Source: Hyphochytrium catenoides
Taxonomy: Eukaryota; Protista; Hyphochytriomycota
Length of the DNA: 63,988 nucleotides
Assembly (NCBI GenBank): GCA_900088475.1
Contig: FLMG01003780.1
Span: 16,685 to 80,672, forward strand
Reading direction: 5' to 3'
In this document: positions 23,278-37,979 of the stretch, in pieces
Position numbering within the stretch: the first letter of the stretch is position 1
Layout: each line of letters starts with the position of its first letter
Made by a program: the position numbers and the translations under genes
Notes under the pieces: generated by a model
The model's database searches: none
Seen by the model: the letters and a program-made list of their open reading frames with translations, nothing else
Told to the model about the DNA's origin: nothing

Positions 23278-25319
23278 GTTGCTTGGCTGATGGTAACCGG
23301 GAAGGGTAATGTACGTTGAGGGGTGTTGGTTATGTATATCCTTGAAGTTGGAGTATCACTTGCGCCGTAGCTTGGAAGTTGGAGAGTGATGAGGAGAAAA
23401 CAAAACTAGTGAGAAGGTGGTGGCAGCTCAAAAAAGACCCTTTTAAGATACTGATACCTCTACCTAGAAAGAACTAGAGGGCAGTGGGCTGAAGAAGAAG
23501 GTAGATAGACGAGTGAACGACAGGATCAGAGGAAGAGGCGGGAGCTTGCAGCTTCGTGAAAAGGCGCCAAGATACCGCTGCTACTAGGAAAAAGACGGCG
23601 CATCATCAGTAGCAAGAGACAAGAGAACCTAAAGCACCTGATGATGGGACCTTCACTCGTTGATGTTGGCAAAGGATTCTGATCGCAAGGAAGGATAGCG
23701 CCACCTTCCAATAAATGTGACGAGTGCATCTTCAGCCTATTGCTATTAACTATGGAATACCCCACCCTCCTTGACATTCGTTTATTGTACGGCCCTTTCA
23801 CGAGGATAATAACTCCTCCATGATAGAGCGGGAAAGAAGAAGGAAGACCTACCGCCAACAGAGCTCATAACCAAGAAGAGGCAATCCTAGGCAGCAGCGC
23901 TCTTCTGTCTCCCCTTCTGCCTCCCTCTTCGTTCCCTTATGATCATCCCAACCTTCTTTATTCATACTTTCCCTCTGCTGTTAGCTTTCATCTGTGTCGC
24001 TATCGTCCTCTCGGTGTCTCTTGTTGTCAGATTCTTCTCCCCCGCAGTGCAGAAGCGGCAACAGCAAATAAGAAATAATCTTTTCCTCCGTCATCATCAT
24101 CGCCATTATTGCATCATTATCAATATGAGGCTAAAGGAGAGAAGGCGCCTGTCGACGACACCTTAGCAGCAGGAAACTTAGCTTGTCGCTTCGGTACTAC
24201 GAGCAGCCTACCACTACTGCTGCGTGCCTGTCCTACTTCCCCGCACGACTAATAACCATCTAACTACTTTGGTGCTCTTTTTTCTTTGGGCCCATTATTA
24301 TCGTTCCATCTCTTCTTGCATCCCTCGTTGCCTCTCCTCGCGCCACTAGTCGACGACAGGACAGCTTCTACAACAATGTGATCCAGCTGCCTGCTCCCTA
24401 TTCCTGCAGGAACAGGGTGAATGTTAAAGGTCTCTCAGTTGACAAAGACGATAACTGACAAACTAGTATTACGTCTTAGTATCAACAAGAGGGCGGATGC
24501 TATATTAGCAGAACTTTATTATAAGAGGATGGATCTGCTGGGCATGGAAGAAGGGCATGCATAGCTGCAGGTAATGATGAGATAAAACCCCGCTCTTCTT
24601 AAATAGAAAGTAATCTCACTCACCGCCGCCGCTGCGACGCAGGCTCCACTGCTCTTTCTTCTGCTGACTGTTGTGAGGACGAAAATTGTTGATCAATACT
24701 TAATTTATGATGCTGAAAACTTGAGGAGGACGGCTTTGTCGATACAGCCGCTCGCGAAGGCCGAGATCTGCCAATGATGAACGGAGACGGACTAATAGCA
24801 ATGACAATGATTGGTGATTGCTTGTGGCATGACCGATGATGATAGACAGATCATATTGAAGAATTACTGGAGGATCGCATCGCAGTGAGATCATCATGAT
24901 TTCCCCCCAAGTCCTGGACTAGTAGCCGGTAACCTCTATACGGCATGTTCCTTTGACCGTTAGCCGCTTCATCTTCCCGCAGCTTGCTCCCTTCCACTTT
25001 GGTCAGCTCCTTCTCATCTTCACCTTCTGAAGGCAATAGCAGCGGTGGTGCAACACCTAGCAGGTAACAGCAGCATCGATTGCGTCTCTCTCCCGCATTC
25101 TCTCTGTCTTTCTCCTCGCTCATCTTCATCTCAACCTCCATCTTCATCATCTGGAACTCAGACGCTTGCCAGCGCTACGGCTGTGTGGGCTAGCAGAGCT
25201 TCCTGCCATGAAGCGCAGCGATAATGGAGTCAGATAGCGTAGCAGCCTTGACAGCGAATCGCAAGGGGTACAAACTGCTCCACTTGCAAGCGGAGCTCTA
25301 GAGCTCAGACTGGAAGAGC

Positions 25320-28300
25320 ATGGCGTCAGTGCGAGAAGTACAGTCGGTGGATGCCATTCTGGCGCAGGAGGATGACGATGACGGCATCGACTATAGTAAA
25401 GACATCAATCTTGAGGATATTCTCCGGGAGGAGCCAGACGAAGAGGATCAGACGTAAGAGAGATGATTTCTCGGATACCCAGGCCGCTGTACTGACTATT
25501 AGCACCTCCTTCCCGTATTCCCGCGCACTTCAGCCTTCTCAAGCTCAGTAGCATCAAGCTCGGGCTCCTGACCGAAAGCCCCGAGGTTCCCGTTGGCGGA
25601 GAGGTAACCTGCTCCCTCTATTGTCTAGGGTGCGTGGCAGGCACTTATCGTAGTTTCACGCTCAGCGGAGTAAGAGCAACCTCGTGATTCAGAGATTGCA
25701 AAGAATCGTGCAAGAGGAAGAGGGTCGGAAGGATGATCCCAAGAGCTCAGCAGACTCGGAGCTGGACATACAGCTCTTTTATCAACAGCCCACACTACCT
25801 GGCAAGGGGAGAAGCTCCCCTCGCAGCCGCTCAGGAAGGGGCTTGGGCTCGCCCAAGGCAGAGAAAGAGACTCGAAGCCCCTTAGAGCTAGCGGAGGTAG
25901 CCTCAGTCAACTACGCTGCTCAGCTCCTTTCTCCACCTTTTCTACCGCATTTACCCGATAGGAAGTTGCGATCTTAAATGACCCTCACTCTTCCCCTATG
26001 AGTAGCGCCTTGGCGTAGCTCTTTCAGAGCTCGACCCCCCGTCGGCAGTGCTTTCTTGCGTTTATTTGTGCATTGCTAACCCTCTTTCACTTTGTCGGTG
26101 TTGGCAAATATCTACTGACTCGATCACCATGTTATTCTTGCTGTCTGACTTCATAGGAGCGTGAACAGCGCCTGCTTTCTGTCGGAAATACCGAGATGTT
26201 CATGCCCCTGGGAGTCAAGCGGAGACTTAGATCTAAGCCCAGAAGACGCACACGGTCTCTGGCACAGCCTACCAAAGAGGAGGAGAGGCATCACCGAGAG
26301 AAGTACGGAACATGGTCCATTTCGCCCCTCGTTGACTTTTGCTTAGTTAGCCCTCTACACTTTCGCTTCCAGTGGTCACTGCCAACTCAGCATGACTACG
26401 ACACCTCCAGCGTTACCTGAAGCTACTCATCATAATAGCTCTCTTGCTGTTCTTTTGGTCATCAAACAGTCGTTAAAGTCGCTCCTGTATACTCCATGAC
26501 GTTAGGGCTGTGCTATTTATTTCGTCACTCTGCGTCCGCCCCCCCGTTTGCTTTGTCCCTCATCCCTCCCACTCTGTCTTTCTCAGCGAACCTTCCTCCC
26601 AAGAGAACGCTGTGGCTGGCGCCCTTCGCATCGAAGATTTGGAGCGCATTGGGCTGCAGCTACAGAAGAACGCAAACTTTAAGGATAAAGGCCCAGGCAC
26701 ACCCACTGCAATCTCCATCCATTCAAAGTTTATCGCCATAGGAACCTCAGGCGGGTATATCCTGCTCTTTGATCACTTCCAGAATGTAAGAAGGATCTCC
26801 CATCCAAATACACGGTCAAAACTTTTGCGGTCTCTTCTCCCGCACTACTCCCGTTCCTCTTACTCACGCATTATCTTCTAGGGCCTCTGTACTGACGGGG
26901 CTCCCAATGACATCTGTCTCTTTGTGCTGTCCCTGGAGTCCCTTCTTTGGCTGTCATAGCTTCTTGCTCCACCTCCTTAGACCTCCTTTGTAACATGGAG
27001 TAATCATGCTTCTCCTTTGATTAGGTCCGCCAAGTGCTGGGCAATGCCTCCGACGCTCAAAGCGATGGCGCTGTTACTGCGCTAGATGCCTCAGGAGGCA
27101 ATGACTATCTTGTTTCTGGGTATCACTCGGGGCGAGTGGTGCTTTGGGACATGATCCGGGGAACAGCACTGAAAGCTATCACAGAGGCTCACAGTGCGCC
27201 GATTGTCTTTGTGAAGTTCTGGAGAGAGAAGAGTCCAGCGGTACTCGCAGTGGATAACAAAGGAATAGTGAACAAGCTATCTTTCTCCCTGGTGATGTTT
27301 ATATGGAATACTTCTACCGAGACGATACTGGATGGCGCCGGGGTGATTCCTGCGCTGTCTATACTTCCCCCTGCCCGGGTGTCTGGTAGAGGGGAGAAGG
27401 GCCATCCCTTGGAGCAGTATTCTCTCGCTGCTCTCAGTAGCGAGAAGAGCACCTTTGTATTTGCGATAGAACCAGAAGTGAAGGTGGTCTATAAATGGGG
27501 AAAGCCAGGTGCGTGAACAGATTGGACCTCGCCTTAGTTGCGCTCTCGCACTACGTTCATCGCTCTTCTTGTCCTCTAGCTTTTCAGCTTTTTGTCCTCA
27601 GCGTCTCTGCAATCCAGCCCATCGCCCGATTGTCTTAGTCTTTATATTTGTGGGCTGTTGGCTCATCAACGACTGGGTCCCCGCTATGACTTCTCTGGTC
27701 AGGCGTTCTTTCCCTAGCTCATACACACATTTAACGTTTCCCCTTTTTGCTTATGAAGAGAAAGTCCGCGCTCGTGATGGAATGCTGCCGGTGCTAGATT
27801 TTAATTGGGCTGCGGTTGGCGGAGACGCTAACCAAGCTGATGCGGTGCTGGCACGCGGCTGGGGCAAATATGTGCAGCTGTTACACGTGAGCTGCTGCTA
27901 TATCTTCTCTCTCTGATCCGCCTTGTTTTCCGTATGACACCCGTAGTTCTCGTAATTGTTGAAGATCTTAGTGGTGCCAAAAAAACAGCGTTACTGAGCG
28001 TTTTCGCTCTTGCCAATCTGACTCTCCGCCATGCCGATTCTTTGTTATTGCGCACTCTGTCCAGGTTGTCCTTCCAGGAGGTGCTCAGCATAGTCACTCG
28101 GAGCACGGTTGGCCCCACTTTCGGGTAGGCGGAGAGCTAGAATGCTCGTCGGAGGTAGTAGCCATTCAGTGGCTAAATGATCAGGTGTGACCGCTTTCTC
28201 AGTCTCCTCTGTCGCTGGTTAGCGTACCTACTGCGATAGGAATACACTTTTAGGACCAACCTTACCTGTCGTCGAACCCTTCTCCCATATCATCGCAGAT

Positions 28301-31300
28301 CCATAGCTTGCATGGGGCTTGTGGGGCAATAATGATTCTCTCGTCGCTGCTGCCACCTCTACTCATCGCCATGCCTCTCTTTCTACACGAAATATAGGTT
28401 CTAGTATATCTCAACGCTCAGGATGAGCTCTGCGTGTATGACACTGTTGCACACGAGGAGCTGGAGATTGTCTCCGTCTCCTCACTGGCACTAGTGCGGA
28501 CGCCTTTCGTCTCTAAAGTTCAGGCGGCGGCAAACAGGAAATGGTATCCACAGACGTTCAAAGTATGCGATGCAGCGCTTTATCTTTTGGGGCTCAAACA
28601 GCTGAAGGTGCGGCGGATCCTTCTTGTTTCTCTCCCATCGTCCGTCTCTCTCCTCTATTGTCTGTGGCTTGGCACGGGCCATCTCCCCCTCTCATTGTCT
28701 ACTCAATAATGCTTGCTCCTCAAGCTCTTTTGACTCTTCGACCTCACTCTCTTGAGGTCATGTCGGTAACATCTCATAACCCTCGCATTCTTGAGCATGA
28801 CATACCTAAACCTAATGTGCTCCGCTTTTTAACGCTTTGCCCTGTGGCACTGTTCCTTGTAGGTGGCAAAGGCCCAGTCCTGGCAGCAGCGAGTAGAGTC
28901 ACTAGTTGAGGACGGACAGTGGCTGGAGGCGCTAGCTCTTGCGCTAGATCACTTCGAGAGCGTCAGACAAATTGCCATGGAAAGGGCGCTCGAAAACCGG
29001 CGACGGGCCGTAAATGTGCGCTGGCCAGTGTCCAATGACCAGACCACCGTGGACCTAACCAAGATGGAAGCAACTAACGTACGCACTAATGAGCGCGCCG
29101 ATGTGCTAAGACAGGAAGGGGCGGGAGCGGTCCGATGGTTTATCGGGGACCAACCCTTCGCCTCCGAGTGGACACAGAAGTTAGAGGCAGCATTCCAGAG
29201 CGTCAGAACTGGGAATGTGACGCCTACCATTCCCATAGGTATGTCGCTGGCATTCCAAGGGAGGGTTGATAGGGGCGAGCATAACCTCTGGGGATTACTG
29301 GTCCAACTAAAAGGGCTGGAGGGCTGGAGAGGCACGATAGGGCCAGCTTGCTGGATAGCTCGACGCGGCTGGGTAAAGAGGCAGAAGCTTTATCTCTTAG
29401 CTATCCACCAGCGCTCTCTCACCTTCTCGTTTCTGATATCTTTGCCGCTTCTCCTTCCCATCTAGGGCTCTCGGAGAGGGTGGCGGATTTATTGATGGAT
29501 TATATCAAGCTTGCACTGGCTGCAAGGGGAAGCTCCGGTCTCTCTCTCTCTTCGTCGCACTACCGCCTTCTCGCAGCTGTTTGCACGGAGTATTGTGTCA
29601 CCATCGATCGAACTGACCTGCTGTTCAGAGACATCTTCCAGAGGTTTCAGGATGCAGGGCAGGCTGCCATGCTGGTTGAGGTGCTGGAGCCCTACATATT
29701 GAATGATAGAGTCAAGGTCCTAACTCCGGAAGTGATGCAACTGTTCGCCAGTCATTATATGCAGAAGAGCATGCTCGCCCAGGTAAAAGTTGTATTCCTT
29801 CGCGAATGCGATACTCTACGCTGTTCTCCACGTGCTCGTTTTCCCTCCACAAGCTTTGAGTTTACCTAGATCATAGTACATGGTGTTTTTGTCCCTTCTA
29901 GATCTGCCTCGATTGTAGCTTCAATCTCTATTATAATTTGCTCTGTGTGCCATCTTCTCTCTCTGTCAGAATATCCGTTCGCGATGCTTTGATTGAACCG
30001 CTTCCTGGGACTAACATTCAGCTATCTCTTACTATTCGGTTCCTCCAGGTTGAGCAGTGTCTTCTGCACATGAACGTGAAAGGTTTGGACTTTGACTCTG
30101 TGGTGCGGCTCTGCCAGTCCAACAACCTCTTCTCGGCCCTAATCCACGTCTACAACCACGGGCTCAATGACTATATCACTCCGCTGAAGGCGTTGCTCTA
30201 CGCAAGCAAGCCAAAAAGAGAGGGAGAGAGTGAAGAAGAGCGAGCTAGAAAGGAGTTATGGGGTTACAAGCTCCTGCTGTACGTCAAGTATTGCCTAGAA
30301 GGGAAAGTCTTCCCTCATCCACAAGAATCTTTGCCAGGGGAGAAGGCAGCGGTAGTCAGGGCCGCCGTGGCACACTTCGTCTTTGCTAGGAGAGATCCTA
30401 AAGATTTGAACAATGAGGTGCGAAGGATTGTCACAGGGACGAGACGACCTGTGCCTATGTTTGCCATCTGATCTGCTGCTCGTCGTCCTCTCTATTCTGC
30501 TCAACTATGCCCATTGACTGTGTCTCTCTCCGATGCATCTCCCTCTGAACTATCGTTTCGCCTCTTTCTCGCGGGCATGGTTATACTCTCTCTCTCACTC
30601 CCCCCCCCACACACACACACACACACTCCCCCTGGAAGCTAGGTCGCGTTTTACTCTGGCCACAACTTTCACCTTGAAAAGCTGACTCTCTCGAAACACT
30701 GATCATTGTAATCGCTGTTGCATGTTAACAGGACTTTGGTCGTCTGCGGCAGCTGCTGTTGCTGGACACCACAGAGATGCTGAAAATCATACAGCGTCTC
30801 TTTGAAAGCCAGGAAGTCGTCTTCGACCCAGACATCCATCTCTCAGAGTCGCCAGGAAGGAAGGAAGACAGAGCCAGCTTTGGAAGGCAAAGCTCTGTCT
30901 TGAGGATTCCTGCGAACCAGCGGTGCCCCTCGCGGATGTCTATCATGCTCGCTTTAGCCGAGGTTGACCTGGAGACTCCCTCTTTGTTTCTTTTTTGTTT
31001 CTATCCGTCTTGTTTCTCTCTAAAAAGAGTGTCTGACCCTCTCTTTCTCTGCTCTACACGTGTCCCTCAGGTTATCTTGGGTCCTCCTGGGTCAGATCCG
31101 TCTCGCAGCCCATTCCATGTCCGCGCTCTGGGCAGCTTTTATATGTTCGAGGCTAAGGCGCTAAGCTCTGCAACCATTAACCCAAGGGTAAGACCTAAGA
31201 GCCTCTTCATCTCCGTCTAACGTTGGCTCTTCCCTACTACTCCTGAGCAGATCGTCACCATTCTTGGCTGCGTCTGCCCACTCTATCATGCCAGACTGTC

Positions 31301-34300
31301 AGATTTAAAGTAACACCGCAAACTTCTTCTCTCTCTTCCGCGGCGGACACAGGATTACGCTGAAATGCGCACCCTGAAGGGCCGCGGCGATCGGGCCAGC
31401 ACTTCAATGATGGATTCGCTCATGAGGTTTCTGGCCTTGGGCACAGTCTCCACAACTGACAAGAGCTCTCCTCGTCGCTCCGTGCACGATCTCTCTCCCT
31501 TTCCTCCACGCTCTCGCACTGGTTCGTCCCCTCAGGATGACTGGGGTTTGGACAAGGCAGCGAGACAGGCGATGCTAGTTCGACTCATCCAGAAGATTCC
31601 TCCCGACTCTTATGATGCCAACACGCTGCTAAGACTCGTGGAAGAGGTGATTACGCAAGCAGCCGTTGCCTCATGCTGCTCCCCTTAGTCAACTCTTCCT
31701 TGCTTCTCGCTCACTGCGTCTCTGTCTGCCTCTTCCGCGCTTGACTTCCCGTCGGTGGTACTCTATCTCTCTCTTTATCTGTCTTTGTCTCTCCTCACCT
31801 CTCTAATCTACAGGAGAAGATGAATCGTGCGTCGATGCTACTGTTCCGGAACAAGCGTGACATCTCAGGCGTTATCCGGAACATTCTCGCCGACTCCGAC
31901 CCTTCCTATGCGAAGCAAGTGTTCCAGTTCATCACCTCAGAGGCAGAGAAGACCGCCCTTGCCAGAGAGGAGCAGGGAGGGAAGAGCCAGGCATGGAGGT
32001 CAAAGCATCAGGAGGACCTTGAGACTAGCGTGCTTGCACATGTATGGCACCTTGCTAACTTTGTATTGTCCTATCGATATTGCTTCTCTGNNNNNNNNNN
32101 NNNNNNNNNNNNNNNNNNNNNNNNNNNNNNNNNNNNTCCTTCAAGGTCTTCTCTTCGCCTTAGGGTGGTCAGCCCTCAAAACTCATATTTTTCTCTAAAG
32201 GGCGGTCTTCCTCTCCTTTGATGGTTTGTTACGCTTTCTTTGTTCCTCACACCTCGGTATTATCACGTCTTGTCGGACAGGTGCACACATTGGTAGAGAC
32301 GGACGCATGGGCGACGGTCATGCTCATAATTGGACATTTTCCTTCCCTGTCTGAGTCTGTCCTCAGGCGTCTTCGCGCCCTTGGAGAGAGAGGAGATCAG
32401 CTCGAGTTCCAGTACCTGAAGCACATCATCACCGCCTGCAACCCTCCCGAGAGTCTGGACGACCAACAGCAGGAGTACGATGTTCTCAAGGAAGCGCTGG
32501 ATAGGGCAAGGATCAGACCTACGGTCAGTCCTCTTCTCTCGTCCCTCTCGCTCCTTTCTATCCCGTCCACATTGCTGCCTCGTCCTCAGAATCTCTCTTC
32601 ATTCGTCAGAACTTATCTTACGCTGCCCTCTTCTTCCCCTAATGGAGCCTTCTTGGCCATACGGGCTAGCTTATTCTCCTCCTTGCTCTTCGATATTCTT
32701 GCTAGTGCTCTAAAAGGGTCTCTTTTTGGCTGCTTTGGCACTAACGTGGTTTCTGCGCTCTCCTTCTTTTGACTCCAAATCCTGCTGGCCCACTTTGTTC
32801 TTAGGATGATCCGAAGATGCAAGAACGTTATATCTCTCTGTTGTGCCGCTTCGAGCCTGACAATGTGTTTAAATATCTCGCCAACAACGATAATTATCCC
32901 ATCAAAGACTGCCTGCGGTAAGTGACCGCTCCTCTCTCTCTTTCTCTCTCATTCTCTCTCTCTCTCCCTCCCTCCCTTCGTCTTGAGACTCTCGTTGTTT
33001 CTCTCCACTCGGTACTGATTTTTTCAAGCATTCATCATTACCCACTTAATGGATGTTTTCGATCGTCGTCTGTAGCCTTTGCCAGCAGTACAAGATCACC
33101 GAGGCATCTTCTTATCTATTGGAAAGAATGGGAGACGTACGAGGCGCGCTGCAGCTGATGCTTCAAGATGTGCTTTCGCGACTATCGAAGCTTCTCTCTC
33201 TTCTCACGCGGACAGACGTCTCGAGAGCGGTCATATTGGCTCAGGGCGCCCAGAGCAAGACACTTACTCAGCAGCAGCACCAAATCCTTGGGGAGCTCTA
33301 CAAGGAAGGAAAGGGCCTAACAAGCATTCTGAGCAGCACGCTCTCTCTGTGTGAGAGAAACTCCAAGAGAAGCGAGGACAGCAGCAGCGAGCAGCTCTGG
33401 TTCAAAGTACTGGATATCTTCCTTCAGGCGCAGATCGACCTCAAGAGAAGGTTACAGAGCAAACAGAGCAAGGGTGAAGATATTCGAGGCCAGAGCACTT
33501 ATGGACTGACGGCTAAAGATACGGTGAGGTTGCACAGCGAAAGTGAGACAGCGAGAGCGAGTGAGAGAGAGAGAGAGAGAGAGAGAATGGCAGTGACGGT
33601 GGATCACTTGTTGCACCGTCCGGCGATCCGTTTATTGCTGGGCGCCATTATTCAGAGGAGTTAGTTGTTAACTCTTGCCCTTCCTTTGTTTGTCTAGCGT
33701 TTGACCTTTATTCTAGTCTCCTGTCCCTTGACTACCACGGTGTGGGTCTCTTTCTCATACCTCAAGGACTCCCTTTGGCACACTCTCTGACTGTGTTCGA
33801 TATATTTACGCCAGGGCAAGACCAAGGCTGGCGGTAGCGTCGTATCTCAGGCGCTGACAGACTACATTCGGATCATCCTTGAGCGTATGGCAGCGCACAT
33901 CCCTCTGAAGTCCATCCTGTATAAGATCACGAGCGAACATGCCAAGGACGAGTACGGCGAGTTCCGCAGTACTATCGCTGGCATGCTAGAGACGTACATC
34001 TATGAGCAGAATATCTTCAAGACGGCCAATTCTCTCCTCTCTGCTGACACACATGATGCTGTGAAGTCTCTGTACAGAGCCATTAATAAGTCTCTAGCGC
34101 CTCCCTCTTCTCGGTGCAACTTCTGCGGTGGCTATCTGCAGCAGCCTCCTGTGGGAATAGGAGCTCTCGGCGGAGTAGGAGGTCTAAAGATCACGATGGT
34201 GATGGTTGTGGTCTCAGGAGCAGGGATGATGTTCCACGAGAGCTGTGCGCGACTATATAAGAGTGAGAGCAAAGAAGGCGGAGCCGCAACGGTCGCAGCT

Positions 34301-35267
34301 TCACTGGAGAAGGAGGAGAGCAAGGTAAGAGGTAGAGCGGGAGCGCTGAAAGGCATAGATAGGAAAAATCTCGGGGCAGGTCTTCAGATGGAAAGGACTC
34401 GAGCGCGAGCTCCATAGACGGAGACCACCACCTGATAGAGAAGGGAAAGGGTGCCACAGTGAGGAGAGTGAGACAGAAAGTAGTTGAAGACGGCCAGAGA
34501 AAGGAGAAAATTTGGGCTCGTCAGAGTCTCTGCCGTGTTGTCGTAGTCTTCTTACCCCAAGCTCACAAACAACAACCTGCAGAAGGAGCCAGAGGAAAAC
34601 AGCGGGAGAGGAAAGAAGAAGGATCGAGGAGGCTTCGATGATGCGACGACGGCTAAGTACGTCAAGAGGCTACAGAAGGCTCAAGAGAAGCAGAAGAGCA
34701 CTGCAGTGCCTCTGGTGCGTCGGGCTCCTGTTTGATTTTTCTTTGCTGTCTTCTCTCTCCGCTCTCCTGCGCTTCGAACAGTCACAACCCTAAGGTTACT
34801 AAATACTTTCTCTCATGCTCGTCTAGAATGAGATTATGGCAGAATTGAAGCGAAAGGCCGAGGGCTCCTCCCCTGGTCACCCTCAGCTCTTGGTCCGCGC
34901 TAAGGTTTCCAAGCCAAAGACAGCGCCTGGCCAGAACATCTGGGAGGAGCGTCTGGACAGCCTCGGACAGCACACTCCGGCTGTGGAACGATTGGGAAAA
35001 CGCCAGCCTGGGGCACTGGACCCAACGCCACGTAATTTTGGCGGACTGCCTGGTGCCAGACCTCGGGCCTCGCCGCCGAAACCTCCTCCATCTTCGTCTC
35101 TACCTTCAGGTTCTGGAGGAATGTCACCACCTGCAGGTTCAGCAGGACCTGGGCTAGCTGGGTATCCTACCCAGCGACAGCCGTCTCGCTCTAACTTAGT
35201 CACAGCATCCTCGGTTAGGATGCCACGGACAAGCGCAAGTTCAGATTCTAGCCGAGGTCCGCGATAG
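25320..35267 (+). CDS. VPS8: Vacuolar protein sorting 8 (CORVET subunit), >20 exons
   Basis: ATG at 25320 (MASVREVQSVDAILAQEDDD). WD40 region (GTPTAISIHSKFIAIGTSGGYILLFD; GYHSGRVVLWD). Vps8 core (SWQQRVESLVEDGQWLEALALALD; LEPYILNDR; VEQCLLHMN...LFSALIHVYNHGLNDYITPL). Clathrin-repeat-like part (YLLERMGDVRGAL; LWFKVLD) and a RING-like remnant. Stop TAG at 35265-35267. One N gap lies in an intron. Confidence 0.92.
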
Positions 35268-35848
35268 ATAGGCATTAAGTGAGCGAACATAATCTTATTG
35301 GCCAACGATGTCTTTATTCTCTTTCTCTTACTGGGAGCACATTAATTGTGAGTATCCGACTCCATTCATAATTAAGGTAGATTGGCTTGTCCTCGTGTTG
35401 CAGAAAGCCTGCTACCCATCATTAATCTATCATGCCCCAATATATTGGCTCTTCTCTGCATTGAAGGGAGCTCCTCGTCTGCTGCTCCCCCATACAGTTA
35501 GCCTACTATGGGCAAAGAACCCAATGAAAATCTTGAACGAAGCTCTGTCTGCATCTTCGTCTGCATCTGAAACGGATCTCAAATCGTGAAATCATGCCAT
35601 TTGTGAAACCTCAATATACGGTTTGAAATGATATACTCTACTCCAGGGGAGGATTTGGAGGACCCGCTTTTGATGGCTCCAGGTCTTCACCGCTGGAGAA
35701 GCGACAACAAGGATTCTGATGCCAAAGCTTTGCCTGCGCTCGGGTGCTTCGCGATGGAAGATCTCAAGGCAAGCTCTTTGCAGAGACCTTGGAGGTTATT
35801 GTTAGCTGGTGCCGCCATTGTAGCCATCTCCTTGCACGTGTAAGGACC

Positions 35849-37470
35849 ATGCTTGAGGCAGATAGTCTAGAGACCATGACAGGACATGATGATCAGATAT
35901 GCTGGCGGTCGGAGGGGCAGATAGACGCCCTCGAGATCTGCGGAGGAGAGGGCTCGTTCTTAGCGATAGGATCTTCTAAACTCGATGGCAATACATGGGA
36001 CGGCTTTCTTGCGCTTGCTGATGCTGAGAATTTTGAGATCCACGCCACTGCACACTGCTGGTGGGGTGGGGTGACCTCACTCACAGCCTGTGGGTCAGGC
36101 AAGGAGCTCATTGCAAGCGCCAGTGATAACGNNNNNNNNNNNNNNNNNNNNNNNNNNNNNNNNNNNNNNNNNNNNNNNGAGGATAGGAAGCTCCGCCAGG
36201 TCTCAAGCTACGGTGCACATACAGATGTCGTGTCTTCTGTAGACTGTCATGCCAACCATAGAACCATCGCTTCAGGCAGCTGGGACTTAAGGTAAGAAGG
36301 ATGCTCTCTCTATAGCTATAGCAGCCTATATCCCTTTTGCCTTGTCTTTATTGCCAAAACTTTCCACTGTCATTTGTGGCTAAGTGATCGATCACGATGT
36401 GTTCCTACTCTAGTATAAAGCTCCACGACTTTGAGGCAGGAGATGGCAAGACTGTAAGACTGGAAGGTAAGACTTCTTCCGGAACCTTACCCTCACATGC
36501 TGCTGACCGGAGCCATCGTGCCTTCCCAGGTCATACGGCAAGAGTGCACAGCCTCTGCTGGAACAAAGTTTCCCATAATATTCTGGCCTCGGTGGCAGCG
36601 GATCACAGCCTTCTTCTCTGGGATACGGCGCAGCGACGGCCGCAGCTCGTGCTCAAGCAGCTGGACTCTGCCCTCGCTGTTGATTGGCATCCTGAGCAAG
36701 AGCATGAGCTCTGTGTAGGTCAGTCGTTAGATAAGCTTTCTGCTTCAAAAAGCAGGCCAGTATATCTCTTGTTGCGTGTTCCAGCTCACCATCAGTCATG
36801 TTGGTCACATTAATTCTATGTGCTAGTATTCTCTTGCTTTTCCTTTAGATTGTACTTCATAGATGCTGAGATGCTTGTTCGACTCCAGGCAATGAGGCAG
36901 GTGAAGTGCTCCGCTTCGATCTTAGGAACCCCTCAGAAGAGCTTGCGATCGAGGTATGTCAACCAGCTCAGCACTTTATAAGCACTGGAACTCCATGTCC
37001 CGTTCATCAGCTCCCCTTCTTAGTATAGGTTGGATCTCTTTCTCTTCCTTCTCATGTCAGATTGGCTGTTGCTCTTAAGCAGGCTTCACCTTTTTGCATC
37101 TAATCAATGCTTTCTACTGCTTCCACATGTCTACTACCCCCTGCCACGGATTGGTAGCGTCGGCACAGCGGCGCAGTCTTCGCGGTAAAATACTCTCCAC
37201 AGCAGAAAGAAAAGGAGCCATTGATCGCCAGCGGCGGCGATGATGCTCTTGTCGCCCTCGTAGATGATCAAAGCAAGAGGTATGAGAAAGAAAGAACAGC
37301 AAAATCCATTATCTGTCGAAATAACTCCCAACCTGTCCTGCAGAATACAATGTCACGGCCACCGTGACTACGTGCGGGCGGTACTGTGGACCCTACCCTC
37401 GCCTGCGTCCTCTACTCGCGCTCTCCTCTCAGGATCCTGGGACTTTACAGTGCGACAATGGCAGATCTGA
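35849..37470 (+). CDS. WDR77: WD40 protein, methylosome protein 50 (WDR77/MEP50)-like
   Basis: LAIGSSKLDGNTWDGFLAL resembles the MEP50 N-terminal S-x-L-x-G-x-x-W-x-G motif. WD repeats include HTDVVSSVD...ASGSWD, GHTARVHSLCW...LLWD and HRDYVRAVLW...SGSWD. Multi-exon, with an N gap in exon 1. Confidence 0.75.
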
Positions 37471-37580
37471 GGCCCAATCAAGCTTCCACTGAGACAGAGA
37501 ACAGACTGAAAGTGCACAGATGTCGACAAACCGCCAAGATTTGATATATAAGTTATGCACACAAATAATGTGTGGCCTGT

Positions 37581-37945
37581 CTAATAGAAAACAGTCAGCG
37601 TCCGATGGTGAGCTCTCAGTTGTCCTTTCCGGTCGAGCTCCTCTCCTTGCTGCCAGAGCAGCCAATCAAGCTCTATAACACGCCAGTTGGCTCCTCGTTT
37701 CACTATGGCCTGGTGCAGCTGCTCTACGGCCTGGACAGTGGCGGCTCTAATCTCTATCTCTTCCTCCGAGCCCACGGCTATCTCTTCCTTAGTGTCAATC
37801 TTTTTCGCTATTTCACTGGAGTATCTCAAAGCGCCCATTGCTTCCATCAGCTGAGGAACGCGGTAATCCGCTGCGATAAGCATGTGAGAGATATCTTTCC
37901 TATAGATAAGGAGCAAGCGGATAAATAGCGATACGATAACCGAAG

Positions 37946-37979
<34 letters not shown>

